A DNA stretch of 64,000 bases from Macrostomum lignano. Its lineage: Eukaryota. Positions 63,001-64,000 of this stretch are shown piece after piece (the first letter of the stretch is position 1; every line of letters begins with the position of its first letter). The position numbers were made by a program, and so were the translations under genes. The DNA lies in contig NIVC01000070.1 of the NCBI GenBank assembly GCA_002269645.1, positions 558,001 through 622,000 on the forward strand, written 5' to 3'. The notes under the pieces are model-generated. The model saw nothing but the letters and a program-made list of their open reading frames with translations. It made no database searches and was not told the origin of the DNA.

Positions 63001-64000
63001 TCTACCGATTGAGCTACCTTTGTATCTACCGATTGAGCTACCTTCGTATCTACCGATTGAGCTACCTTCGTATCTACCGATTGAGCTACCTTCGTATCTA
63101 CCGATTGAGCTACCTTTGTATCTACCGATTGAGCTACCTTCGTATCTACCGATTGAGCTACCTTCGTATCTACCGATTGAGCTACCTTCGTATCTACCGA
63201 TTGAGCTACCTTTGTATCTACCGATTGAGCTACCTTTGTATCTACCGATTGAGCTACCTTCGTATCTACCGATTGAGCTACCTTTGTATCTACCGATTGA
63301 GCTACCTTCGTATCTACCGATTGAGCTACCTTTGTATCTACCGATTGAGCTACCTTTGTATCTACCGATTGAGCTACCTTCGTATCTACCGATTGAGCTA
63401 CCTTCGTATCTACCGATTGAGCTACCTTCGTATCTACCGATTGAGCTACCTTCGTATCTACCGATTGAGCTACCTTTGTATCTACCGATTGAGCTACCTT
63501 CGTATCTACCGATTGAGCTACCTTTGTATCTACCGATTGAGCTACCTTCGTATCTACCGATTGAGCTACCTTCGTATCTACCGATTGAGCTACCTTCGTA
63601 TCTACCGATTGAGCTACCTTTGTATCTACCGATTGAGCTACCTTCGTATCTACCGATTGAGCTACCTTCGTATCTACCGATTGAGCTACCTTCGTATCTA
63701 CCGATTGAGCTACCTTTGTATCTACCGATTGAGCTACCTTCGTATCTACCGATTGAGCTACCTTTGTATCTACCGATTGAGCTACCTTTGTATCTACCGA
63801 TTGAGCTACCTTCGTATCTACCGATTGAGCTACCTTCGTATCTACCGATTGAGCTACCTTTGTATCTACCGATTGAGCTACCTTCGTATCTACCGATTGA
63901 GCTACCTTCGTATCTACCGATTGAGCTACCTTCGTATCTACCGATTGAGCTACCTTTGTATCTACCGATTGAGCTACCTTTGTATCTACCGATTGAGCTA
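57038..64000. repeat. 24-bp intronic satellite (at least 290 copies; runs off the right edge)
   Basis: Unit CTACCTT(C/T)GTATCTACCGATTGAG; starts 88 nt from the DHX33 exon at 56949. Confidence 0.98.

Overview
Eukaryotic (animal) genomic DNA, not prokaryotic. Short GC-rich exons with GT-AG introns are embedded in about 25 different tandem-repeat arrays that together cover roughly half the window. This architecture resembles the flatworm Macrostomum lignano, but that is an inference not proven from the sequence. Host genes reconstructed by hand: (1) an Ack/PR2-type tyrosine kinase with an N-terminal SAM domain (minus strand, runs off the left edge); (2) two exons of an unidentified minus-strand gene near 29.5-31 kb; (3) a seven-exon Tau/MAP2/MAP4-like microtubule-binding-repeat gene (plus strand, 43.2-47.5 kb) whose internal exons are absent from the ORF track; (4) the 3' four exons of a DHX33-like DEAH helicase (minus strand). 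Mobile elements: a 5'-truncated LOA-type non-LTR retrotransposon with an intact APE-RT-RNase H ORF2 and a 12-bp target-site duplication; a non-autonomous hAT-type element (16-bp TIRs, 8-bp TSD) whose body is a 2.9-kb 21-bp minisatellite; a small palindromic MITE-like element; a decayed Tc1/IS630-like transposase; and two decayed LINE fragments. The most unusual observations are a minisatellite built from a splice donor, an array of AG/GT splice-like motifs, the satellite-carrying hAT element, and a 7-kb 24-bp array that, in the stretches read, varies only at one CpG site in a higher-order pattern. Most long ORFs in the supplied track are repeat artefacts.
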